From: Kiritimatiellia bacterium
GTDB lineage: Bacteria > Verrucomicrobiota > Kiritimatiellia > RFP12 > UBA1067
Length of the DNA stretch: 35,231 nucleotides
NCBI GenBank assembly: GCA_024405335.1
Contig: JAKSOX010000002.1
Location: 1 to 35,231 of the forward strand
Reading direction: 5' to 3'
Shown: in pieces, positions 17,273 to 24,912 of the stretch
Layout: every line of letters begins with the position of its first letter
How positions within the stretch are numbered: the stretch's first letter is position 1
Position numbers and translations under genes: made by a program
Notes under the pieces: generated by a model
What the model was told of the DNA's origin: nothing
Databases searched by the model: none
Seen by the model: the letters and a program-made list of their open reading frames with translations, nothing else

Positions 17273-17695
17273 GTGGAGTTCACATTGAACAAGGAGTTTT
17301 TCCGGCGGCATTTGGGCGTCGCGCTGCTGATGGCGGGGCTCGGGTGCTGGTTTTCGTTCGACGCGGCAGTCGCGTATCCGGCCCGCCGGGAGCCGGCGGA
17401 CAAAATCGCGCGCCAATGGCAGTTCGCCGGATTGTCGTTTCTGGCGGCGCTCGCCATCGGCGGGCATTTGCTGAAAGTCCGCCGCGAGACGCTGGCGTGG
17501 GACGACTCGGCGATGACGGGCTCGCTCACGGGCGGCAAACCGGCGGCCTTCGCGGACGTCGCCGAGGTCGACGACCGCAAGTGGCGCGGAAAAGGCGTGC
17601 TCGTCGTCCGCATGAACGACGGCCGCACGATCACGCTCGACGCCTGGCACCACCCGGAAGCAGAAGAACTGGCGAAGCGGTTGCTGGACCGCTGA
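17273..17695 (+). CDS. small membrane protein (140 aa): two TM helices plus a ~70-aa soluble C-terminal domain (possibly bacterial PH-like)
   Basis: GTG start 6 nt after GGAGGA (17261-17266). Hydrophobic helices LGVALLMAGLGCWFSFDAAV and FAGLSFLAALAIGGHLL. The C-terminal part (LAWDDSAMTG...GKGVLVVRMNDGRTITLDAW) suggests a bPH-type fold by eye only. Confidence 0.55.
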   Translation: MEFTLNKEFFRRHLGVALLMAGLGCWFSFDAAVAYPARREPADKIARQWQFAGLSFLAALAIGGHLLKVRRETLAWDDSAMTGSLTGGKPAAFADVAEVDDRKWRGKGVLVVRMNDGRTITLDAWHHPEAEELAKRLLDR

Positions 17696-17726
17696 AACGC
17701 ATTTCGCTTCCGGGCGGCGCGGAGAA

Positions 17727-18224
17727 TCAGTTCTTTTCGGCGGGCTTCTTGTCGCCTTCTTTGGCGGCCTTGCGTGCCGCGCGCTTTGCTTCGTCGGCCG
17801 CGATCTTGGCCGACAGTTCCTGCTTGGCCTTTTCGAGCTGTTCGGGCGAGAGCACGTTTTTGGCGGCGATGACGGCCTTCATCTGTTCCTTGACCACCGC
17901 CTTGCGCAAGTCGTATATCTCGTCGATGGCCGCCATCACGGCGTTTTCGTCGATACGGTCGGCCTCGAACGCGGCGGCGTTCCGTTCCATCGCCTGTTTA
18001 TGCTTTTCGCGCAGGGCCTTGGCGGCGTCGTCGCCGGCCTTGCACAATTCTTTGATTTGGGCGATTTGTTCTTTGGTGAGGCCGATCTTCTCGGCCACCT
18101 TGCGGTCCTTGACGAGGCGCACGACGGGATCGTTGCCGGGTTCACGCGGCGCGGGGCGCTTGGCTTCCGCGGCGAAAGTCGCGCCAACGAGCGCGACGAC
18201 TGCCATCAACGAAAACAATTTCAT
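17727..18224 (-). CDS. periplasmic Spy/CpxP-family (LTXXQ-motif) helical protein
   Basis: Signal peptide MKLFSLMAVVALVGATFA. Two LTXXQ-type motifs (LTKEQ, LSPEQ) sit in a Lys/Glu/Ala-rich helical protein. The second ATG (18224) has better SD spacing (AAGGAG + 8 nt) than the ATG at 18230. Confidence 0.7.
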   Translation of the reverse strand: MKLFSLMAVVALVGATFAAEAKRPAPREPGNDPVVRLVKDRKVAEKIGLTKEQIAQIKELCKAGDDAAKALREKHKQAMERNAAAFEADRIDENAVMAAIDEIYDLRKAVVKEQMKAVIAAKNVLSPEQLEKAKQELSAKIAADEAKRAARKAAKEGDKKPAEKN

Positions 18225-18248
18225 GGACATGACTCCTTTTTGCCCGCC

Positions 18249-18257
18249 ATTATATCA
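18249..18257 (-). promoter_or_regulatory. extended -10 promoter box TGaTATAAT (minus strand) for the Spy-like gene
   Basis: The reverse complement of 18247-18261 is AACGTGATATAATGG, identical to 652-666. It lies about 25 nt upstream of the minus-strand start codon. Confidence 0.5.
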
Positions 18258-18333
18258 CGTTGCCACGGAAAACGCCACGTCACGTCGAACGCTCAAGCAC
18301 GCAGAAGTAATGCGCCACACGGCGCGCGTTACG

Positions 18334-18342
18334 TGATATAAT
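18334..18342 (+). promoter_or_regulatory. extended -10 promoter box TGaTATAAT for hisD
   Basis: ACGTGATATAAT at 18331-18342, divergent from the minus-strand box. AAGGAG at 18355-18360 and the ATG at 18372 follow. Confidence 0.5.
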
Positions 18343-18371
18343 ACGCGGCATTGCAAGGAGTGTTTACGGGC

Positions 18372-19670
18372 ATGATTCGGATAGTCGATTGGTCGGAGAA
18401 GAAAAAGGAAAGCCGCGCGGTGACGGCTTTTCTGCGGCGCAGCGCGTTTCCCGAGGATGCGGAACGGGCCGCGGCCGAGGTTTTGGCCGCGATCCGCGCG
18501 GACGGCGACGCGGCGGTGGCGAAGTACGTGGAGAAGTTCGAGGGCGCGAAGCTGTCGCCCCGGCGTTTCCGCGTTTCCGAAAAGGAGCTCGCTGCGGCGT
18601 CGGCTTCCGTTCCCGCCGGTTTGAAGCGCGCCGTCAAGGACGCGCACGACCGGGTGCTCAAGTTCTCAAAGGCGTCTTTGCGCGCGCCGTGGTCCATGAA
18701 GACCCCGTGCGGCGGCAGCGCTGGCGAGTTCTTTTCGCCGATGGACCGCGTGGGCGTGTACGTGCCCGGCGGCACGGCGCCGCTCGCCTCCACCAGCGTG
18801 ATGACGGTGACGCTCGCCAAGGCCGCGGGCGTGAAGGAAATCGTCGCGTGCACGCCGGCGGGCCCTTCGGGCACGCCGAATCCCGTGCTGCTCCACGCGC
18901 TGCGGCTTGCGGGCGCCACGGAAATCTACCGCGTCGGCGGCATCCAGGCGATCGGCCTGATGGCGTTCGGCACCAAGACGGTGAAGAAGGTGCAGAAGAT
19001 CGCAGGCCCCGGCAATGCGTACGTCACGGCGGCGAAGCGCCAGGTGTACGGCCACGTGGGCATCGACCAGGTGGCCGGCCCCAGCGAAATCGCGGTGCTG
19101 GCGGACGGCACGGTGGACGCGCGCTGGGTGGCGGCGGATCTGCTGTCGCAGGCGGAACACGGTTCCGGTTGGGAGAAGTCGCTGCTGGTCACGCACTCGC
19201 GCGCGTTCGCGGAAAAGACGCTCGCGGAACTCGAGGCGCAGACGGAAACGCTTTCTCGCAAGGCGCTCGTGCGGCGAGTGATCGACCGCGGCGGCATTCT
19301 GTTCGCGGTGACGCCCACGCTCGCGGAGGGTCTGGAGCTGGTGAACCGCTTCGCGCCCGAGCATTTCGAGATCATGTGCAAGGACGCGCAAAAGCTCATG
19401 AAGGGCGTCCGCGCGGCGGGCGCGGTGTTCTGCGGCGCGTGGACGCCGGAATCGGCGGGCGACTTCGTGGCCGGGCCGAGCCACGTGCTGCCCACGGGCG
19501 GCGCGGCGAACATGTTCAACGGTTTGACGTCGGACGATTTCCGCCGTCGCCACAGTTTCGTGGCGTTCACGCGCGAAGACCTGGCGCAGACGAAGGACAC
19601 GATCGCGGCGTTCGCCGCGGTGGAGGGGCTCGACGGCCACGGCCGCGCCGCGTCCATCCGTTTCGAGTGA
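18372..19670 (+). CDS. hisD: histidinol dehydrogenase
   Basis: MIRIVDW... N-terminus is like E. coli HisD. Motifs VGVYVPGGTAPLASTSVM, GGIQAIGLMAFGT, IAGPGNAYVTAAKRQV, VAGPSEIAVLAD, SQAEHG and GDFVAGPSHVLPTGGAA are present. The track start at 18351 is a TTG; the ATG at 18372 is preferred. Confidence 0.93.
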   Translation: MIRIVDWSEKKKESRAVTAFLRRSAFPEDAERAAAEVLAAIRADGDAAVAKYVEKFEGAKLSPRRFRVSEKELAAASASVPAGLKRAVKDAHDRVLKFSKASLRAPWSMKTPCGGSAGEFFSPMDRVGVYVPGGTAPLASTSVMTVTLAKAAGVKEIVACTPAGPSGTPNPVLLHALRLAGATEIYRVGGIQAIGLMAFGTKTVKKVQKIAGPGNAYVTAAKRQVYGHVGIDQVAGPSEIAVLADGTVDARWVAADLLSQAEHGSGWEKSLLVTHSRAFAEKTLAELEAQTETLSRKALVRRVIDRGGILFAVTPTLAEGLELVNRFAPEHFEIMCKDAQKLMKGVRAAGAVFCGAWTPESAGDFVAGPSHVLPTGGAANMFNGLTSDDFRRRHSFVAFTREDLAQTKDTIAAFAAVEGLDGHGRAASIRFE

Positions 19671-19693
19671 TTTGGAAACAAGGGAGACAAAAG

Positions 19694-19921
19694 ATGGAAA
19701 CGAATGAAGAACAGGTGTTGAAGGCGCTCGACGACATGCGTCCGATGCTGCAGGCGGACGGCGGCGATCTCGAGTTCGTGAAGATGGAAGGCAAGAAGGT
19801 GTTTTTGCGCCTCACGGGCCATTGCGGCAGCTGCCCGTTCGCGTTGATGACGCTGAAGGAAGGCATCGAAAAGAAACTGCAGGAGCTCGACCCCGAGCTC
19901 GCGGTGGAACGCGCGGAGTGA
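19694..19921 (+). CDS. NifU C-terminal-domain (Nfu-type) Fe-S cluster carrier protein, 75 aa
   Basis: LDDMRPMLQADGGDLEFV...LTGHCGSCPFALMTLKEGIE carries the CxxC Nfu signature. AAGGGAG lies upstream. Confidence 0.8.
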   Translation: METNEEQVLKALDDMRPMLQADGGDLEFVKMEGKKVFLRLTGHCGSCPFALMTLKEGIEKKLQELDPELAVERAE

Positions 19922-19944
19922 TCGATTCGGAAAGGAAACGGAAA

Positions 19945-20535
19945 ATGAAGACCTACAACGTCAGTTTCGCGGGCGTCGGCGGGCAGGGCATTCTGCTCAC
20001 GGCGAATCTGCTCGGCCGCGTGGCGGCTTTGGCAGGGTTGGACGTGAAGAAGAGCGAAATCCACGGCATGGCCCAGCGCGGCGGCAGCGTGATGAGTTCC
20101 GTGCGTTTCGGCGACCGCGTGGCGTCGCCGATCGTGCCCGAGGGCGAGGCCGACCTGCTCGTGGCGTTCGACAAGCTCGAAGCGCTCCGGTCGGCGCATC
20201 TGCTGAAGAAGGGCGGCGCCGCCGTGGTCAACGACGCGTATTTGACGCCCGTCACGGTGTCCTCCGGCCAGCAGCCGGACGTCGCGGATCTCGCGGCGTC
20301 GCTCAAGAAGGCGCTGAAGGGCGCGCTCTACGTCGACTCCGCCGCGCTCGCCCGCGAGGCGGGCAACGACCGCACGGCGAACATGGTGATCGCCGGCGCC
20401 GTTTCCGTGCTGACGCCGTTCCCGGAAGAACTCTGGACGAAGGCGATGGAAGAGACCTTCACCGGGCCGAAGGCGAAACTGCTCGACCTGAACAAGAAGG
20501 CGTTCGCGCTCGGCCGCGCGGCCGTCGGCAAATAA
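19945..20535 (+). CDS. iorB: indolepyruvate/2-oxoacid:ferredoxin oxidoreductase beta (gamma-domain) subunit
   Basis: MKTYNVSFAGVGGQGILLTANLLG...EIHGMAQRGGSV...ADLLVAFD is the POR-gamma/IorB pattern. 196 aa. No iorA-like gene is adjacent. Confidence 0.75.
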   Translation: MKTYNVSFAGVGGQGILLTANLLGRVAALAGLDVKKSEIHGMAQRGGSVMSSVRFGDRVASPIVPEGEADLLVAFDKLEALRSAHLLKKGGAAVVNDAYLTPVTVSSGQQPDVADLAASLKKALKGALYVDSAALAREAGNDRTANMVIAGAVSVLTPFPEELWTKAMEETFTGPKAKLLDLNKKAFALGRAAVGK

Positions 20536-20550
20536 TCGCGGAATGTCGCC

Positions 20551-21828
20551 ATGGGAAACTTCTGGAACCGCGAAGCGGAAACGCTGAGCCGCGACGAATA
20601 CGCCAAACTGCAGCTGGAGGGCGTGAAGAAGTCCCTCGCCCGCGTCTGGAAAAACGAATTCTACCGCAAGCGCCTGATGAAGGGCGGCGTCGCGTCGCCC
20701 GAGGACGTGAAGTCGCTCGACGATCTCGCGAACCTGCCGTTCTTCACGAAGGAGGATTTCCGCGAGGCGTATCCGCTGAAAATGAACTGCGTCGACCGGC
20801 GTGACTTGATGGAATTCCACATGTCCTCCGGTTCCACGGGCACGCCCGTGGTGATGGCGTACACCAAGAACGACCTGCTGCAGTGGGCCGAGTGCATGGC
20901 GCGCTGCTACACGATGGCCGGGCTGGAGCCGGGCGACGCCGTCCAGATCATGCCGACGTTCGGCCTGTTCAACGGCGGCTTCGGCTGCTACCACGGCGCG
21001 CGCAAGGCGCATCTGTTCACGATTCCGGCGTCGAGCGGCAACACCGAGCGCCAAATCCGCCTGATGCGCGACTTCCGCACGAAGGGGTTCGTGTCCGTGG
21101 TGTCCTACGTGCCGCGGCTCATCGAAATGCTGGACAAGACGGACGACCCGCAGCTGCCGCATCTCAAGGTGGGCATTTTCGGGTCCGAGACGTTTTCGGA
21201 CGAGACGCGCAAGCGCATCGAGTCGCGCCTCGGCATCGAATGCTTCGACATCTACGGGATGACGGAGACGGGCGGCATCGGCACCACGGGGCAGGACTGC
21301 CCGTGCCATTGCGGGCTACACGTGTGGGAAGACCAGTACGTCACCGAAATCATCGACCCCGCCACGGGCAAAACGGTGCCGGACGGCGAATACGGCGAGG
21401 TGGTGTTCACCTCGCTCGCGCGCGAGGCGATGCCCATCATCCGCTACCGCACGCACGACATTTCGCGCATCGTCGGCCGCGAGAAGTGCGGGTGCGGGCG
21501 CACGTCGCTGCGCATCGACCGCATCACCGGCCGCACCGACGACATGCTCATCGTGAAGGGAGTGAACTTCTATCCGCGCCAGGTCGAACAGGCGCTGATG
21601 GAAATCCCCGGGGTGAAGGACGAATTCCAGATCATCCTCGAAGAGCGCCACGGCATGACGGACGTGACGATCAACGTCGAGGCGGAGCCCGGCGTGACGG
21701 GCCACACCGTGGCGAAGCATCTGCGCGAACGCCTCGGCTTCCTGCCGAAGGGCGACGTGTTTCCCGTAGGGGCGCTGCCGCGCAGCGAAGGCAAGGCCAA
21801 GCGCGTCATCCGCCGCGTGTTGGACTGA
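20551..21828 (+). CDS. paaK: phenylacetate-CoA ligase family (aryl-acetate--CoA ligase, PaaK-like) adenylating enzyme
   Basis: FWNREAETLSRDEYAKLQLEGVKKSL, LPFFTKEDFREAYP, HMSSGSTGTPVVMAYT, IYGMTETGG and GRTDDMLIVKGVNFYP are typical PaaK/F390-synthetase blocks. Confidence 0.85.
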   Translation: MGNFWNREAETLSRDEYAKLQLEGVKKSLARVWKNEFYRKRLMKGGVASPEDVKSLDDLANLPFFTKEDFREAYPLKMNCVDRRDLMEFHMSSGSTGTPVVMAYTKNDLLQWAECMARCYTMAGLEPGDAVQIMPTFGLFNGGFGCYHGARKAHLFTIPASSGNTERQIRLMRDFRTKGFVSVVSYVPRLIEMLDKTDDPQLPHLKVGIFGSETFSDETRKRIESRLGIECFDIYGMTETGGIGTTGQDCPCHCGLHVWEDQYVTEIIDPATGKTVPDGEYGEVVFTSLAREAMPIIRYRTHDISRIVGREKCGCGRTSLRIDRITGRTDDMLIVKGVNFYPRQVEQALMEIPGVKDEFQIILEERHGMTDVTINVEAEPGVTGHTVAKHLRERLGFLPKGDVFPVGALPRSEGKAKRVIRRVLD

Positions 21829-21848
21829 AGAAGGGAAAGGAACGGAAC

Positions 21849-22364
21849 GTGGAACTGATAGCGTCTTTTCAGGTGGACCACACGCTGATCGTGCCGGGCA
21901 TCTACGAGTCCCGCGTGGACGAGGTGGGCGGCGAAACCGTTACCACCTTCGACGTGCGCATGAAGCGCCCGAACGTGGAGCCGGCCGTGCATCCGAACGC
22001 GCTCCACACGATCGAGCACGTGGTGGCGACGTTTCTGCGCAACGACCCCGAGTGGAAGGACCGCATCGTCTACTGGGGGCCGATGGGCTGCCTCACGGGC
22101 AACTACCTGATCGTGAAGGGACGGCCGACGCCGCAGGAAATCCATCCGCTCGTGCTGCGGGCGTTCGAGCATCTGGCCGCATACGACGGCCCCGTGCCGG
22201 GCGCCACGGAGGTGAATTGCGGCAACTGGCGGCTGCACGATCTGGCGATGGCGAAGTGGGAGGCGGCGAAATACGCGGAGGCGCTCAGAACGGCGCCGTG
22301 CTTCGCGTATCCCACCGCGAAGCGCATCGTCACGGACAAGGGCGCGGTCTTCTACGATTCGTGA
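21849..22364 (+). CDS. luxS: S-ribosylhomocysteine lyase (AI-2 synthase)
   Basis: SFQVDHT, metal-site HTIEH, PMGCLTG (GCxTG) and [10 protein letters not shown] align by eye with E. coli LuxS. The GTG start at 21849 follows GGGAAAGGAACGGAAC. Confidence 0.85.
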   Translation: MELIASFQVDHTLIVPGIYESRVDEVGGETVTTFDVRMKRPNVEPAVHPNALHTIEHVVATFLRNDPEWKDRIVYWGPMGCLTGNYLIVKGRPTPQEIHPLVLRAFEHLAAYDGPVPGATEVNCGNWRLHDLAMAKWEAAKYAEALRTAPCFAYPTAKRIVTDKGAVFYDS

Positions 22365-22368
22365 CGCC

Positions 22369-22839
22369 ATGGACGCGGCCGAAAAACTCGTGGCGCTTCT
22401 GAAAGCGCGCGGCGTCACCTGCGCCACCGCCGAAAGCTGCACGGGCGGCGGCGTGGGCGCGGCGATCACCGGCGTGCCAGGTTCTTCCGAAGTGTATCTG
22501 GGCGGCGTGGTTTCGTACGCGAACAGCGTGAAGCACGGCGTCCTGGGCGTGCCGCAGACCGTGCTCGACACCGTGGGCGCCGTGTCTTCCGAAAGCGCGG
22601 CGGCGATGGCGGCGGGCGTGCGCGGACTCGTCGGCGCCGACGTCGCCGTGTCCGTCACCGGCATCGCCGGACCCGGCGGCGGAACGGCCGAGAAGCCCGT
22701 GGGGCTCGTGTGGTTCGGTTTGGCGACGCGGGACGGCGTCCGCGCGGAAAAGGCGATCTTCAGGGGCGACCGCGAACGCGTGCGCGCGCAGGCCGTGACG
22801 CACGCGCTGGGAATGCTCACGGTCGCCGCGATGGGGTGA
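22369..22839 (+). CDS. pncC: CinA C-terminal-domain protein / nicotinamide-nucleotide amidohydrolase
   Basis: [39 protein letters not shown]...[24 protein letters not shown] is the canonical PncC/CinA pattern. Confidence 0.88.
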   Translation: MDAAEKLVALLKARGVTCATAESCTGGGVGAAITGVPGSSEVYLGGVVSYANSVKHGVLGVPQTVLDTVGAVSSESAAAMAAGVRGLVGADVAVSVTGIAGPGGGTAEKPVGLVWFGLATRDGVRAEKAIFRGDRERVRAQAVTHALGMLTVAAMG

Positions 22840-22874
22840 TCGGCACCGCGCGAAACGGAAAAGGGCGCGCCTCC

Positions 22875-23543
22875 ATGAAGACGTTCGTGATCAGCCGCAA
22901 GCAGGACGCCGCCCGCCGGGCCGCGCTCGTGGAACGGCTGTCGGCGCTGGGAATCGCGTTCGAGCTCGCGGAGGGCGTCGACGGATTCGCCCTTGGCGAC
23001 GCGGAAAAACGGCGGCTTGCCGACTTCCCGAAAATGCGACGCGTGCTCCGCGTGCTGGGCGACGGCGAAATCGGCTGCGCCGTCAGCCACCAAAACGTCT
23101 ACCGCCGCATGATCGCCGAAAACGTCCCCGTCGCCTGCGTCCTGGAAGACGACGCGCGCATTTTGTCGTCGTCGGGCGAAGCGTGGGAAAACGGCCTGTC
23201 GGCCGGGGTGGCGGAAGACAAACCCGCCGTGAAGCTGTTGACGGATCGCGCCATCGGCGCGACTTGGGCGATCGGCTACGTGCTGAACCGCGCCGGGGCC
23301 GAGACGATGCTGCGGTTCAACAGCCCCGTTTTCATGGTGGCGGATTGCTGGGAAAGCGTTCGGCGCCGCGGGTTGCTGTCGGTCGTCTGGGACGACGTCC
23401 CCCGCGTGGGCGCCTCCGGTCTGCCCAGCGTCATCACGCCCGCGGGAACGCCGCCGCACCGCGTTCCGCTGCCGATGGATTTCCCTTCCCGGCTGCGCCG
23501 AGCTTTTTGGCGGCTGCGCTACGGCCTCGGTTTCAGGATTTGA
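22875..23543 (+). CDS. glycosyltransferase family 25 (LOS/LPS beta-1,4-galactosyltransferase-like)
   Basis: MKTFVISRKQDAARRAALVERLSALGIAFELAEGVDG...GEIGCAVSHQNVYRRM...ACVLEDDA is the GT25 pattern (EIGC..SH, EDD). Confidence 0.75.
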   Translation: MKTFVISRKQDAARRAALVERLSALGIAFELAEGVDGFALGDAEKRRLADFPKMRRVLRVLGDGEIGCAVSHQNVYRRMIAENVPVACVLEDDARILSSSGEAWENGLSAGVAEDKPAVKLLTDRAIGATWAIGYVLNRAGAETMLRFNSPVFMVADCWESVRRRGLLSVVWDDVPRVGASGLPSVITPAGTPPHRVPLPMDFPSRLRRAFWRLRYGLGFRI

Positions 23544-23576
23544 TTTCAACGTCGGCGTCGAAATGAGGAGGTGCGC

Positions 23577-24746
23577 GTGAAGCAGGGCTGGAGATGGTAC
23601 GGGGAGTCCGACCCCATTTCGCTGAAGGAAATCCGCCAGGCGGGCGTCACGGACGTCGTCACGGCGCTGTACGGGCGCAAGCCGGGCGAAACGTGGCCGG
23701 TCGCCGAAATCAGGCGGCTCGCGAAGAAGGTGCGCGACGCTGGCATGACGTGGAGCGTGGTCGAATCCGTGCCCGTGCACGAGGACGTCAAGAAACGCAC
23801 CGGCGATTTCCGGCGGCACGTCGCGAACTACCGCAAGACGCTCGAGAACCTCGCCGCGTGCGGCGTCAAAACGGTGTGCTACAACTTCATGCCGGTTCTC
23901 GACTGGACGCGCAGCGATCTCGCCCACGAGCTGCCGGACGGCTCCACCTGCCTCGGCTACAACGCCTACGAAGTCGCGGCGTTCGACCTTTTCGCGCTGA
24001 AGCGCCCGGACGCCGCGAAGGACTACGACGCGAAGACGAAGGCGCGCGCGAAGCGGCTGTGGGCGAAGTATTCGCCGAAGGAGCGAATGCGCGTGCAGAA
24101 GGCGATCCTGACCGGCCTGCCCGGGACGGTGGACGATTTGACGCCCGCGCAGTTCCTGCGCGAACTCAAAACCTACGCCGGCGTCGACGACGCGCGGCTG
24201 CGCGCGAACCTGTACGCGTTTTTGAACGACGTCACGCCCACGCTCGAAAAGTGCGGCGTCGACCTGTGCATCCACCCGGACGATCCGCCGCATCCGATTT
24301 TCGGGCTTCCGCGCGTGCTTTCCACGGCGGCGGACGTGCGCCGGATGGTGAAGGCGTGCCCCTCGAAGCACGTGGGGCTCACGTTGTGCACTGGGTCGTT
24401 GGGAGCGTCTCCGGAGAACGACGAAGTCGCCATTTTCCGGGAGTTCGCCGAGCGCGTGTTCTTCTGCCATTTCCGCAACCTCGAATACGAAGAGGAGGGC
24501 GTGTTCCACGAATCGCGTTGCCACCTCGTGGGCAAGACGAACATGCCCGAGCTGATGCTGGCGCTCCTGAGGGAGGAAAAACGCCGCGGCGCGGACATCG
24601 TGGTGCGCCCCGACCACGGCCGGCTGATGGAAATCGACAAGCGCCGCAACTGCTACTGCGGATACAGCTACGGCGGGCGTCTCGTGGGGCTTGCGGAGCT
24701 GCGCGGACTTGAAATCGGGCTGAAGGCGTTTTCCCGTGGCGTGTGA
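23577..24746 (+). CDS. uxuA: mannonate dehydratase
   Basis: KQGWRWYGESDPISLKEIRQAGVTDVVTAL, WSVVESVPVHEDVK and VCYNFMPVLDWTRSDL closely parallel E. coli UxuA. The GTG at 23577 is preferred because GGAGG ends at 23570; the GTG at 23571 would leave no spacer. Confidence 0.9.
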   Translation: MKQGWRWYGESDPISLKEIRQAGVTDVVTALYGRKPGETWPVAEIRRLAKKVRDAGMTWSVVESVPVHEDVKKRTGDFRRHVANYRKTLENLAACGVKTVCYNFMPVLDWTRSDLAHELPDGSTCLGYNAYEVAAFDLFALKRPDAAKDYDAKTKARAKRLWAKYSPKERMRVQKAILTGLPGTVDDLTPAQFLRELKTYAGVDDARLRANLYAFLNDVTPTLEKCGVDLCIHPDDPPHPIFGLPRVLSTAADVRRMVKACPSKHVGLTLCTGSLGASPENDEVAIFREFAERVFFCHFRNLEYEEEGVFHESRCHLVGKTNMPELMLALLREEKRRGADIVVRPDHGRLMEIDKRRNCYCGYSYGGRLVGLAELRGLEIGLKAFSRGV

Positions 24747-24760
24747 GCCTGGGCGGAACG

Positions 24761-24778
24761 CCTGCCGTGGACGGCAGG
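24761..24778 (+). terminator. stem-loop after uxuA (possible terminator or RNA-stabilising hairpin; no U-tract)
   Basis: Perfect 7-bp stem CCTGCCG/CGGCAGG with loop TGGA, 15 nt after the uxuA stop. It is not followed by a T run. Confidence 0.3.
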
Positions 24779-24795
24779 TCGCGACCACCACCCAG

Positions 24796-24822
24796 CCACA
24801 AGATTTGCCGCCACAAGATTTG
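24796..24822. repeat. tandem direct repeat CCACAAGATTTG x2 (15-bp period) just upstream of the HU promoter -35
   Basis: CCACAAGATTTG at 24796-24807 and again at 24811-24822, separated by CCG. It ends 12 nt before TTGCAA. Confidence 0.8.
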
Positions 24823-24834
24823 TCATTTTACCCC

Positions 24835-24863
24835 TTGCAAAACGGGGATGAAAGCGGTATATT
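24835..24863 (+). promoter_or_regulatory. sigma70-type promoter: -35 TTGCAA, 17-nt spacer, -10 TATATT
   Basis: TTGCAA at 24835-24840 and TATATT at 24858-24863. The HU gene ATG lies about 43 nt downstream of the predicted start. Confidence 0.55.
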
Positions 24864-24912
24864 ATCGGTGTTTCTGGGATTTCCCCCGAAGCGCAAACAA
24901 GGAACGAACAAC

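Noticed and set aside
12686-17695. tRNA-Ala-linked genomic island or defence island (for example Zorya) interpretation of the stator-like operon
   Set aside because: There is no integrase or recombinase and I found no repeat of the tRNA 3' end downstream. Composition and codon usage look native. The A subunit lacks the long ZorA tail and no ZorC/ZorD-like (or other nuclease/helicase) genes are present. The operon is kept as an unknown stator-like system, not called as Zorya.
21570-24791. 1073-aa minus-strand ORF
   Set aside because: It runs antisense across five independent, well-supported + strand genes (paaK end, luxS, pncC, GT25, uxuA) and their intergenic gaps. A real gene would not do this, and the translation is Arg/Ala-rich with no domain.
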